From Phoronis australis (taxonomy: Eukaryota; Animalia; Phoronida): DNA of 64,000 nt. The DNA is taken from the NCBI GenBank assembly GCA_002633005.1, contig NMRA01000083.1:897161-961160 (forward strand). Reading direction: 5' to 3'. The notes under the pieces are model-generated. The model searched no databases, was not told the origin of the DNA, and saw only the letters and a program-made list of their open reading frames with translations. Within the stretch, counting starts at the first letter, position 1. Each line of letters opens with the position of its first letter. Positions 47,826 through 61,700 of the stretch are shown here, piece after piece. The translations under genes were made by a program, and so were the position numbers.

Positions 47826-50470
47826 TTTTGTTCTAACTCAAAGAAGGTGAAAAGGAGATTTAAATCAAGCAAACCCTATTGGTGTACTGAATTGTCCGAG
47901 CTTTGGAAAGATGTAAGTTTAAAGGAAAAAAAAATTTTGAAATGCAGCGGCTCTCGAGAAGAACGCTCTTTAATGAGACGCCAATTTCAAAATGCCCAGG
48001 TTCTATTTGCTAAAGTCCACAGGAGGATCGAAAGAAAATTTTTGAGAGATCAAGCTGACCTCATAGAATCTTTAAAATTCAGTAACCCAACAGAATCTTG
48101 GAAGTACATTAAGAACTTGGGCCCCTCTTTTAGAAAGACGATACCCATGGAGATATACGATGACACTGGAAACTCTAATACCAATAATCAATATCTTTTT
48201 AATAAATGGAAGAACGAGTATGAATCGTTATACAATGGTCCAACTGTTAATGAGTTTGACCGGGGATTTTATGCTGATATGCCTCTCAAAAAAGCTCATC
48301 TTGAGTCGTTTAATAATCTTGACTTTGATGAAAATAGTATTTTGAATAAAAATATTACTCGCGATGAAGTAATGCGGGTAGTGATGAAATCTAAATACAA
48401 TAAAGCAGTAGGAATTGATCATATTTGTTTGAAGTATGTAAAAATGATAACGCTATTGACCTTTTGACTTATTTGTTCCAAATGGTTTTTCGTTACGCTA
48501 TGGTTCCTAGTTTATGGGCTAAATCCGTTATTATGCCTATCCCAAAGGGGTCAGAGAAGGACCCGCGCGTCCCGATGAGTTATAGAGGTATCAGCTTGTT
48601 GTCTAACGTATACAAGTTTTATAGTAGTGTATTGAACAATAGACTGGTTGAGTACGCGGAAGAAAACGGGCTCCTTGTTGATGAGCAAAATGGCTTTCGT
48701 CGTGACAGAGCATGTGTTGATCACGTCTTTGTTTTGACCTCGATTATACGTAATCGGTTGAATAACAAACAAATCCACATTTGCTACTTTTATTGATATG
48801 CAATAAGCTTTTGACTGGGTAGATAGAAATAGTTTACTTTTTAAAATGTTGGATCTTATGATAGTTGGAAAATTTTATGAATCAGTTAAAAATATTGATG
48901 CCAAAACTCAATCCTGTGTTAAGATTAATAATACCTTTACGGACTGGTTTTATACATTTTGTGAGGTCAAACAGGGAGATGTTTTATCACCTACTCTTTT
49001 TGCACTATTTATAAATGATTTGGAAAGGAATTAAAACAGTCAAATTTAGGAATTCCTATCGGTGCTGATAATGTTTCATCTTTGTTTTATGCTGATGATT
49101 TTCATGTAGTGGTACTTGCCGAGAGCGAAGAAAATTTACAGGGTTTATTGAATATAGTTGATAAATGGTGCTCTAAATGGAGGCTAATTGTCAATCACGA
49201 AAAAAATAAGGTTATTCACTTCAGATCCAAGCATGTCTCGCGTAGTTTATATCCATTTCGGTTGGGTCGACTAGACCTAGAATATGTACCCAAATATAAA
49301 TATTTAGGAATAATTATAAATGAACATTTAAAGTTTTCTGAAACTGCTAAAACTCTATCCGAATCTGCCGGAAGAGCTTTGGGCGCTTTAATTAATAAAT
49401 TTAAAAAGAAAAAAAACATGAGGTACAGAACGTTCACTACATTATTCAATGCTTGTGTTGTGCCTGTTAGAGATTATTGCGTAGGTGTCTGGGGCGGCTC
49501 TAGTCTACAGGATTATGATGTCATTCAGAATAGAGCCGCGCGATTTTTCTTGGGCGTTCACAAATTCGCTCCTAATCATGCTGTTATGGGTGACATGGGG
49601 TGGGAATTCCCCAGTGTTAGGCAGAAAATTGAGCTTTTGAGAATGTGGAATCGTATTATTAATTTCGAGGATGATAGACTAACATACCGAATATTTTGGT
49701 GGGACTACACTACTTGTACTAATAATTGGTCGTCTGAAGTCTTGAGGATTTTTGAAGAATTAGGGATTTCGGATTGTTTTCATGACTTACGTTCAGTTAA
49801 TCTGTCTCACTGTAAGAATATTTTGCATGATTTAGCATGTAATAGGTGGTTGTTTGAAAGCCGTTCGAAACCAAAGTTAAGAACCTATGTTTTGATGAAG
49901 AATGTATTTGAAGTTGAGCCTTACGTGCATTTAGACTTAACGGCCTAGTAGATCAATTCTTGCTCAAATTAGAACCGGAACCCTACAGCTATTGGTTGAG
50001 GTTGGGCGTTTTCTTTCTCTAGATTTTGATGACAGAATTTGCTGTCTTTGTCACACTGGTCAGGTCGAAACTGAACTACATTTTCTGTTTGTGTGTCCGT
50101 TTTTCTTAGATGCCAGAAACACCTTTTATTGTCAAGTTGAGATTAAATATCCACGATTCCGTGCAGAAAGCTGTGAAAGTAAATTAATTACAATTATGCA
50201 AAAAGATGTTATTAGAAAAACTTCAGTTTTCATTAAAAATATTTTTGAAGTAAGGAAAAAATTATATTTATTTATGATCACTTTTATCTCGGCCGTCTCT
50301 TTCTAGTCCTCTTGCAATGTGCGTACACTTGTCTTTTCTTTTTTGTATCATGTATCTAAAGTGACTTATAAGCGCCTTGGAGGGCTGGGTGTTCCTAGTC
50401 TTTGTAACGTATTCATTGTTTAAATTCATTTGAACACATGTCACTATAATAAAAAATTACTTACTTACTT
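47826..50470 (+). mobile_element. 5'-truncated non-LTR retrotransposon (L2/CR1 group, Daphne/Crack-like) with a disrupted RT ORF2
   Basis: YRGISLLSNVYK, EQNGFRRDRACVDH, VKQGDVLSPTLFALFINDL, FYADD, C-terminal CCLC...ETELHFLFVCP; AATAAA plus (TTAC)n tail; TACCAG duplicated at 47820-47825 and 50470-50475; several frameshifts. Confidence 0.93.
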
Positions 50471-52351
50471 ACCAGATGATGTGTTTGGGACCTGATTGCG
50501 TGTTGAGTATTATTTATTATTATTGTTTCTGTTGAGAAATGCGATTACGTACGAAATTGATCCATTATTGTTGTTTTATTTTATTTCTACGTTTCGTCCA
50601 GCTACAGTATCCTTCAGAGGATTTGGATCACCCCCATGTAGTTTCAGACTTATTTTGTATTGAATGTATGCATAGATGTAGTAATAATAACCTAATTACG
50701 TACACATATTTTCTATCTCTTTGTTTTGTACACTACGATAGTCCTCAATGAAGCGGCTTTTGCTTTTGAGGATTTCCTACTTATACTCACACACACACGC
50801 TCGCGCACGCATACATGTATATATGCATACGCTCGCTCACGCATACATGTATATATGTATACCCTACCGTGTTTTATTGTTTGTCTCTTTATATTTTGTT
50901 ATCAAAATTTCGAAAAAATAACGAAGCAATTAAGCCATTTTGTCATCGGCTTAGGTTTTCTTTCTTTGGCAACAAAAGGGCGCTGCAAAAGAAGTTTGCA
51001 GTAAAATTCGGTAGGTGTGTTAGCCGAGAATGCGCTCTCGATAAGTTAATGACGATGGTAAAAAGAGTTTTCCGAGCATAGTGATCTAGGCTGTGTGACA
51101 ATTGGAGCCTTTTTAGTTTTAACCATTGAACAAATTTTGTAGAGTTTTGAATTCCGAAAGTGAACTCTTTTATAAGGAATTCGGCCAAAAAGGGCGCCCT
51201 TGCGGAAACTGCTCGTGAAGAAGTCCCCCTTCGGAGCGGCACCGCATACCTCTTATATGGGACATTTTTTCACATGCGCATTTGTTTTTTGAAAGCAGCG
51301 TCATTGCGTGTGCGTCCTTCTTTCGGTTCACGTTGCTATAGATTAAAATACAACACCATTGAGGATAGTATAAAAAATCCCCGATGGAGCTCTTTTGAAC
51401 TCAATGTTCGAAAATGCCCAATTTGGGCTATTTCGGGATCGTTTTACATTCCGCTCAGGTATGAAAATGTAGGACCGGAATTGGCACCTAATTCTATTTT
51501 TGTCTTTAAAAGGACGGTCGAAATATTTCAATGCGTTCCAGTTGTATTAAGCGAAGTCAAAACAGACCATTTTAGTGGACACAAAGTTGGACCTTCGACC
51601 GAAATTCAGTCAATTTTCGCCGTACTTGGTTATACAAACCACACTATCGCATAAAGTTATAAAGTCGCACAAGGCATAGTTCGAAATTTAGAAACCTGTA
51701 TAACATATTAGCATTCAGGTGAAATCCAGTTTTATGGGAATCAGTCGGGCAAAAAAGTAAACAGGACAAAGCGTTCGTATGTTTGGATGGAATGACGAGC
51801 AACCACAGAAGTTTCCGTAAAATAGCCGTTTGTTGGAAACCAATTTAAATTAGGAGGCATGGACAATTTTTATGTTTCTCTGAACTGCGTCGTAAAAAAA
51901 CTAAAGAAAGCATCACAAAGGAAACACTTTGGCTACTTTTGGATTCACGCGTACATTACAGAGAGACGATTGGCGTCGTCTTGCAGCTAATCGAGAGCAA
52001 GGACAATCAGAACTCCCTGAAGAGTTGCATTGGTTTTTTCACTCACAGACATTTCCCCCTTTTCATTTCTTACGTGCTGCATTCCTTTGAATACGTATTG
52101 CGATTGACTCCTATTGAAAACATTTCACTCCACTTCCCGAACAGATAATAAAGTGCTTGCTGTGCTTGAGAAAGGAAACACAATCATTTAGCTGTAGTTG
52201 TTCTGTTCTCTTGGCTGCATTTTACACTACCAGTGCGTCATCATGTATTGATTACGTTATTTGGAGCAAGATATACATTAACCCACCACTGATTAAATAT
52301 TGGATAGTTTGATTTTTACTGAACTGCTTGACGTGAAACGCATACGTGGCA

Positions 52352-52723
52352 ATGGGCGTAAATAGAGGAACGCTCTTTTCTCATGTGATAGTTGTTGCAG
52401 TTGTTTTCACCAACACTCCAACAAAGTCGGCATTATCGCCCTGTGGTTGGCACAGTGGTTCACGCAATGTGTCCGCTTTCAGTGTCTTTCAAAACGTGAA
52501 AAACGATGCAAGTCCTGTCTCAGCTGAATTTTTGAAAGAGACGGTCACCCAATTGCATATACGTTGTATGCAATCGTGTCTTGACACGACACGTTGTGAT
52601 GTACACACGTATGAAGGTCAGACCTGTCGACTGTACAGTCATAGACTGTATAACTGGACCCATGCTGATGTGGTCACCTTGGATAACTACTATATCAAGA
52701 ATAAAGCAGCAATTGTTAAGCAG
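52352..52723 (+). CDS. Gene B exon 1: signal peptide plus PAN/apple-like domain
   Basis: MGVNRGTLFSHVIVVAVVF...CMQSCLDTTRCDVHTYEGQTCRLY...IVKQ |gtgagg. Confidence 0.88.
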
Positions 52724-55700
52724 GTGAGGGAAATCAAATTCAGTACCTTGGATTCTTTGTGTTGTCTTTTAAAACAGGTGTTGTTTGTGGGCTACAGTTC
52801 TTAACAGAATAGAGTATTTTTAATTACTGTAAACATTATGATTTGAGATGAAATCTCATTTTTGTTCAATTTCTATACTATGATACTCTAGTTTAAACGT
52901 GATCTGTACGGCATATGTGTAATTGAATAGCATTTTTTAACATTTTCAGTATTTGCAGTCATAGAAATAGCAAAAATGCAATTTCGGAAATTATGTTTGT
53001 CCCAAATTGAAGGATTTTTATCGAAATTTAAAAATCATAGTTGTTCTTTATGTGTTTGTGCGGACGAGCGTGCTCATTAACAAAGTGTTGCAGTTTGCCA
53101 TGTCGTCTAGACATCATTTTTGTACGAAAAATGTAAAATGTTTACTACATTTGTTTCACAGTTATATGTTAACTTACATTCCCTACATTGTGAGACTAGA
53201 AGAAATTAAAAAACAACTTGCACTTCATGACAGTGTTTCAATATTCGAGAAAGCGTGTCGTAAAATTATTTGGAAAGTATAACAAGAGTGAGTCTTAAAA
53301 CTGCATTTCGTCCTGTTTAGCTGGCTGTAAATGAAAATCGAATTGGAACGTTTACTCTCATAAAATCGGTCTTATAACACTCCTTACCGTCCACCACCAA
53401 CACTGTGAGTACGAAATCGGTGCATGTACGTAATATCCGGGGATTTGAGCAGCTAACGCAAAGGAATCCTTTTAGTACGATTATAATAAATAAAAGTGTT
53501 ATTATCTCGACTTTGTGAGAGCAAAAGGCATAAATCTGATTTTCCATTAATTATCCAGCTAAGCAAAGCAACATGCTTTGACTGATATTTTCCGTTAAAT
53601 ATGTCTAGCTGCTACTCCCTTCCTTTGGGCAAAAGATAAAGCATCACGTCTGATAAAAGTAGTTCCAGAAGTCATCATAGTACGTCATCGACTCCACTTA
53701 TGGGTTTGTTTCAAATGACCGTTCCACGAAAATTGTTAACTTTTGTCTGTTAACTGATTAGTCCACAGCCACAAATAACCATAGAACTGTAGAACCAACT
53801 ATTGCGTTTATGTCTTTTGTTGCAATAACCGGTTTTTGCTTGAATTTACTGAATCTCAATAAGTCAGTTGTGATCATACTTTTATACTCTAGTTATAAGA
53901 CAAATCCTTCAAACTCTCTGAGAAACAGGCCCAGAACTTCTGTTAATCATCAATTTCGGTTGATATCATTGTGTCTATTTTGAACGACAACTCTTAACGA
54001 CGTAAATCTTCAGAAAAAAATTATTGTTTTCGTTTCTCTTTACTGAGATATGTGTATTCGTTGAAACTGGGAATTTGAAATTTACATATTTTGCAATTGA
54101 ATTCCATGCTATTATGAACAAAATCTTACCCAATAGCTTGTTGGAGTTTAGGTACGTAAAATGGTGTATGAAGCCACCAATACAGTGTTTGAATAGTGTT
54201 TGACAACATTATACATGTATAACAAAATACTACAATGTGGAAAAATTCCTTTGAACTGGAAACTTGGTGTCATGATACCAATACGCAAAACGAACTCCAA
54301 AAATGCAAAATTAACATGAGGATACTGAAATCCAACCTCTAATGAAGTTAAAGATTGAAATCATGTTGAAAATATTATATTAATTTTGTTCCAAGATTTC
54401 AAGGTTATGTTTAGCGGATTTAATCATATTCCCCGATTTAAAGGTTTTCTCACGTGGTCGTACTTGTAAGTCGACGTTTTGAGCACGTCCAATTTCATCG
54501 TCCACACTATGCTGAACCTAGCGACAACTCGCTCCATGAATAATGTGCTCTAGAGTAAGACGTAGTGTGGATGATGATAGTTAACATGTGCCTTTCTGAT
54601 ACTGCGTGTATAATGAACCATGGATGATGTGGTGCAGGCATACTTTACCAGTAGTGAGTAGTACGGTGTGCCTGCGTCTTCCGGACATAGCTCTGAACAC
54701 GATATAAGCTGCAACTTATGCACCGCGGAACAGGAAAGGATCTGAAAAACACACTTCAGGCTGTCATCAGCAGTGACATGAATGGCTCAAAGTGAACATG
54801 AGAGCAACAAGAAAATGGATAGGCAAAGATTGGCATATAAACGTAGGCTAGAAAATTAACGGGATTTTTGGTGTCATTAAAGCTTTTTAAACGATTTCAC
54901 TTTTAGTTAGAAGAATGCTACTTTTTATGGCGCCTTGGTGAATGTTCGGTATTGACTTAGTGTAAAAGTGATTTGAAACCATCGAAGCCGATTTCTATAA
55001 AAACGAAATTTCTAAAAATTAAGTTCCTCAACTGGATTCTATGGTGTATTTTGCAACAAAAAATAGCTGTACTTGTTAACTTTCTCTTTTTATCTGTGTT
55101 TTATTTTATTAGGAAAATACCTTGAAAAGATGCACAACAACTAGACAATGTACCGACATACCTTACTGCCAAGGGGAGTGTAAAGACGGGTACAACTACG
55201 AGTGTCGGGAGACAGGTAGGCAACAGATTCATACTCACATTTCGGAACACTCTTATTGGGCTCTGGACAGCATTTGTGAGCATGAAAGTTGCATTGATTG
55301 GCATAATAGAAATTATGTCGCTAGACCGTCCCGAGTTATGATAATAGCTGCTCGGGACGGTCCAAAATCCTGAGCTAATATGCAAAAGTCTGTTTGGCGG
55401 ACGACATGCGGTTTCATGCCCGTACACATTAAGCTGGTGGAGTTAACATAAGAGTTGCATAACGAAGACAGTTGTTTGTTTTCTCTTTTTCAAATCTGCA
55501 GTAATACTTTGTATAGTTTATAGTTCTGCGCAATAACATTACGCAGGGCTAAAGTATACATAGTATGTCAATTAAATATTTAATATACAAAAGTTTAATG
55601 AAAACTAAATCGTGACCGCCAAGTACGTTAAAGTCAGGAACATGAACAATAATTCAATTCAACCGCGTGATATGAAAAAATATATATGTATATGTATATG

Positions 55701-58700
55701 TATATTCATATGTATATATACTGAATCGAGTTAAGAATAATTGCCGTATTTTTAAATGTGGAGAAGACAAAGTAGAGAAGTAAGAAACGTGTACAACAAT
55801 TGAAATAAAATGAGCAAGAAATGAATGATCACAGTGGTAAAATGTAAACAGTTGAAGAAATATCGTATGAAAGTTCAAAAACAAAAAGAGGAAAACTCTA
55901 AAGCACGCAGAACAGCTGCCAGAAAAATAGGAATTCTTAAAAAAAGTAATCAAATTCGCCAGAGAAAACAAAAAATAAAACGAACTGGAAAAATTAAAAA
56001 ACAAACCGTAAATCAGACGACCAGAGTACAATATCAAATGAACAGGCAAGAGCCACGTCGAAATCAAATCAAATTCAGAGATACGTGAACTTGAGCTTAC
56101 ACCCTGGTCGGAATCTAAACGCTTAAAAAAGTTCATTATGACAAATACTATGACTCCTGAGATCACATCGCCAGAGAAGGAGAGCAAAACGCAAAAAAGG
56201 AGGGTCATAGAAAATATAGTCCGAGGCAGCGTTATCAGAAAGAACATGTGTCTTGAAAAAATGAGTAAGGAAACAGGTTTAGCCAGCAGTGTATTGAATA
56301 CATTGCTGTGTCAAGAAGGAGAAGAAGCAGGTGCTACCAAGAAGCGCGTAATTAAGTTAACGGAAGGAGATGATGGATGAACTTCCTTTTGCTTTAGTTA
56401 TTGTACATGTACAAGTTGTCGCCTATAAGCTATACAGTTTGAGTATATATTTCCGAATTATCGATCTCATTGGACATTGAAGTAAATGAAGGTGTTGACT
56501 GAAAGTATCTTGACAATCGATCAACTTCACAAGTATATATATAATACATTAGACCAAAAATAGCATATCAATCAATCAATCAATCAATTCTGAGTCTAAA
56601 CCTGAGTCACTTTGAGACCTGTGCAACAGCTGGCATCAGATAATGCTGGGTAAAAAGGGATGACCCCGACCCATTTCAGCAGGCATTAGATGACACTGGG
56701 GGTATCAGCAAGCATAACGGGAAACTGGGCAGCTAGGGGGTAAAAGGGCCAACTCCGACCCATTTCTGCTCACATCTCGGGAAGGAATTTAGCGCTATCA
56801 CGTGCTTCGCTTGTAATACATGGCGATATGTCGCAAAGTCTTACGCGATCTTGCATTTCGCGAGGTTCTCACGACTACGGAACACAGATGAGGTGACTTT
56901 ATAAAATACGGGCAACAGAATGTACCGCATCGCTGCAACAATTTTAAAAAGCATACCACTACCAATTATGTTTTGTTTGGCCTTACCTAAAAAGGTGAAG
57001 TGTGGACCTATAACCACTTAACGACAAAATCGATATAATTATCAAACAGAGATGCAAACGAAATGGCCACAAGTTCTCTTTCGTTCTTATGGTTACAATC
57101 GATTTCAAGATTGACACAAAACAGTCTATACTTCATGTATTGTATTGATTGCTAGCATCACGGTTTGTATTAATCTTGCCAAATTACATAGGAATTGATT
57201 AGTTTCTCAGATCCAAACCACCACGTGATTTGATTTGCATAAAAAGTTAAATCCTGCGGCGTAATCTTAGCGCAATAAAATAGCCACAATTTAGTCACAC
57301 CTGCCTCATAAGGATATCATCAGTTTTACGGCCGAAAACGGATTTTGAATTATTGTTGGATGGGATAGATTTTTGAGGTAGTTAACTTTGACCAGAGCTA
57401 TAAAATAAGCTACTTGTCTTTGTGAATTTATTACAAATCGCCAATTCCTGTCGTTGTCTGCCAGACATTCGCCGAAATCAAGGCTGATCTCTTGACGTGT
57501 CAAATATGCTTAAAATACTCGGCAACTTATCGAGCGGGATTTACATGTAGCTCCGCCAGCAGACCCATTGGTTGTGACCGCGGGGATGGCAATTTCGAAT
57601 CCGTGCTGAGGCTGACCACAAATAGCTACCGTAAAAGTTCGGGTTAACGCCCTGGGCGGTTAAATTGGCAAACCCCAAAAAATCGGGGGTGGGCGGTTTA
57701 CAGACTTGGGCGCTTATTACGACAGACAAGCGCCCTGGGCGGTTAATCTTACCTCGTGATCTAAGTACCCACACCACACACGTAGTCGTAGGCCTACTCG
57801 GATGTCGTAGCACTTTTTAAAAAGCGTTATCGTTACGTCGCGACATGACGGGGAAAATGTCATAACAGCGGATGATCCTAACAAAGGTTATCATGCCCTC
57901 AGATTAGTTATTCGCTATTAAATTTACAGAATTGCTGAGTAATAGCCCCGTGCCGTCCTGCGGTCTTGTTATTTAGCCCTGTAGTGTAGAGCGCAGACGA
58001 CCAGTAAGTATTTCATCTTGCTAAAGTGCGCGCGTGCAAGCTTCACGTGTTGCAGAGGTCAAAGCAGACATCAGATTTATGGTTACAGTCTCGTACTAGC
58101 TGCCAAGTTCATAGTCAGAGTGCAGTTTTAAAATTGGTTGCAATAAAAGTTTGAAAACCTTAATTCAGATGTTTTTTGTGTTTGGGATGTTTATAGTCAA
58201 CACTCCGTGACTCAATGACATTTTCAGCGTATGGTTCTGTGGCTTGCTGTTTTATCTCGACTGCCCGGCATTGCTCACTTGCCGTTGCGCCAAACATGCT
58301 CGGCAAAGAAGTAGGCCTAAGACAAGAATCGGGGTTAAGCGGCCGTGTGCCACTCGTCAATCCAGAATAAAATTTCGAGCCACGGCATAAATATGTGATA
58401 AAACGCTACAAAACAGCGATGTTTCAATTCATAAACGATCACCTTACCAAACCTGGTGGTGGATAAACATTTATTTTTCATGCAAGATGTCCAGATTATC
58501 CTACTTATATCACTTGCAATATCGCACTGCGGCACTGCTCGGGCCCGTTGTTAGCGCGCAATGTCTCAGTCGGCTGACAATCGTGACTTGGAAATGCCGT
58601 CAAGTAATATAACGGCCTCTTTCGATATGCATCTTGTTTTTTATGGCCAATGATAGCGGCGTAATTCAGCACGCACGTAGGGCCTACGTGCGAGTCACCT

Positions 58701-61700
58701 GTCAATCACATGTTGGTGTCAAGGTAACATGCGCTCCCAAGTGTGGGAACTTGCGCGCGTGCACCACTACAAAGTCACACATCAAAAGAGAATAGCGACA
58801 GTCCTAAGTAACAGAAACGGGCGTGACTATATACTTTTAACCATTGTCTCATTTCTCTGGCCTGATTTTTTCGAATATATGTTTTATCAAGTGCACTGCA
58901 GAGGAAAACTCAGCGCGGCAGACAAAGTCGCTGAAAGCGGAGGTTTTGACGCCGGCGGCGTTCTTAAACTTTGCAATCATGGGAAGAAAATAAAGTGACA
59001 AAAACGTTCAAGTATTATATTTTGAAGTGAGTCCATGACCCAAGACAATAACTTGTTACTTGTATAATTGCAATTCACATTGCTAAACCACCGTCTCGGA
59101 GGCCCGGCGTCGTTGCGCTCATTGTGATCATCGATCTTTTTCTAAAAGTCGGGGAATCGCGCGTTTCCTTAGCACTGGGCGCTAAATATTCATTCTTTAA
59201 AAGTCGGGGATGGGCGCTTAACCGAGAGGTGGGCGCTTAACTGGAAATCTTCAAAATCGCAGGGGGCGCTTAACCGAGCAGTGGGCGGTTAAATCGAAAA
59301 TCCACCTAAAGTAGGGGGTGGGCGGTTAACTGAGCATGGGTGTTATACCCGAACGTTTACGGTATTTTCACCAATAACGTCCCTATAAGTATAAATTGTA
59401 ATCTTAGTGTTGTTCCCTGACAGTTTTACCGTTACATGTGTACGTGAAGGTCGAGGTCGTCAAACCTGGTGATAGATTGAATGTAATTATTTATTATCAG
59501 AATATAAAGTCACGTCACCTTGTCATGAAAAACAAACCCAGTCGTGAAAGATTACGACCAATGACCAAATGTAATGTTGTTTACCACTTCACATTCTTAT
59601 ATGGACTAATATCTTCGTCCTCATTTTCCTGACCAGAGTTACATTGGACACACGATGTGTTCCCTCTCGCGACGGTTATCCATGCACTTACATTCAAGAT
59701 CATTTTGTACACAAACATGGCCGAAAAATAACTAGGCAAGAAATAGTAGACAATACCATCATTCGCTATATGACACATTTCGGTTAAAGATTTTGGAATC
59801 CGTCTTGCTCAGTCAAGAAAAAGCTGCCGGTGTGTTGAATGAGCATCCCAAAGGTGTGTACCACACGTTGGCTCTGTTTCGTTAGGCTTGTGAGCTTCCC
59901 CCCTTGTCTTGCATTTACACTCTTTTCTTATGTCACGTGCATTTCACTGTTTATTTCGTTTATTGCCTGATGATGAGACATACTGTACAGTCTCGAAATA
60001 TAGTTGGTGTTTTAATTTGTTTGTTGGTTATGTCTCTCGGTGTTTTGGTACATAGCTGCACACCTGAAGAAAGGGGATTTTTTCAATACTACGAGCTACT
60101 CTGTATCATGCTTTCAAACAAAATGTTAAGTAGTGTTTTCAACGACGTTTGAGTTACAGTAACGCCATACAAATACAATTATTCAACAAGCAAGTCATGT
60201 ATTACAATAAGAGAAATGTATTATTGAAAGACCTAATTACATGAGAACGAGCTAATACAAACTAACCACAAACAGGCACAAAAACTATAACTATGACGCT
60301 GCAATGTTACTAAAATTTAAGTTGGCTATTATCAATGATAGTGGATAAACTATAAAATAGAAAAAAAAATAATATCTAAGTTGAATGGAAGCGTAAAGTA
60401 AACAGAATTATGTTGATTATTTGGTATCGGATACAAAATGGTAGCGACAACCCTAGTTGAATCACCAGCGGCTCGATCAATTTAGTCAAAAGAATACTAA
60501 ACCCTGTTTGGATGATTTCAACCAATCCTCGTTCTGTCACCTGCTAATGCATCGTTTGTGTCAATCGTAAAACATAAGAGCAGGAACTAAAAACTCATGC
60601 TCCTAATCTCACAAATTGAACACTATGGTCCTTATTGGGTGGTCTTTTCCCACAGTTGCCGTGTAGGGGCCTAATTCGCTAGAAGTGTCTGTTACGCTTG
60701 CTCGTTTAGTAGACTTTTCAAGTAGTTTTCAAATTTTCCTCCAAACTTTTGAAGGTTATCGAGGGTTAAGGAGCATTATGTTGTTGAAGAGAATTGGATG
60801 GGAAAGTCGTTTTTAGCATCTGTTAATACATGCGCGCACTCAGGGGTAGGAGGGGGGCGGGCTCCGGGGGGGCGGACTCGAGGGGGGCTCGAACGAGCCC
60901 CTCCCCCCTCCCCCATTTGGCGAATTGGGCAAAAAGAAAACGAAACATAAGTCCACTAAAAAGGCAACAATTATCAAAATTCGGCGAATGCACAATTCAT
61001 AACTCTGAACGTACCCCGTGAACCTTAGTAAAAGGTCCAAATTCTTGAAATTCGAATCCCCCATTTTTTTAGGCTGGGTGCGTGCATATAATAGGAGAAA
61101 GCCGGTTGCTTAATTATTTCTTTATTTCTGGTAAGGGTGCGCTACAGTTGGTGGAAATGTATGAAAAACACAAGATAGCTAGTTATCTTTTGGCACCAAG
61201 TTTAACGTATACCAGACTTCGAGTAACTTTGAGATGACACGGTATAAAGTTCTACATATGGATTTCTAAACATGTCATTTGTCGTATTTACTCAAGCGTC
61301 TCAATGGTATGGTACCGGAACTCGTGTAAAACAGAGATAAATACCTGTACAAGTAGTTACCTTCTACTCAAAATGAAGTTAATCCTATCAGCAAAGTTAG
61401 GTTTAGGCTTATTTTGAATGGATGGAATCCATAAAATGTACATTATGATTTTTAGTAGTTTTGAAAGAATATCCTTTGTTTTAAGAAGGTGGGAACTACG
61501 TATTATGCACTTTCCAATTTCTGTTACTTAACAATACAGATTAAAGTAAGTATAAACATTAATATTAAATTATAAAATTGTAAAACTAGTAAAACTAAAA
61601 TGACGAGCGTCGGTACTAAAATATATTAAAATATCCCCACGTATCGAGCGATGCGCTCTTTCTCAAGGGTGTGCTACAGACGTCTGTACAGACTATTTTA

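Noticed and set aside
51160-51654. 164-aa ORF between the two genes
   Set aside because: GTG start, no motifs and no splice support; probably chance or repeat-derived.
55654-56247. 197-aa hydrophobic minus-strand ORF resembling a membrane protein
   Set aside because: It is the Phe/Leu-rich antisense shadow of an A-rich plus-strand sequence.
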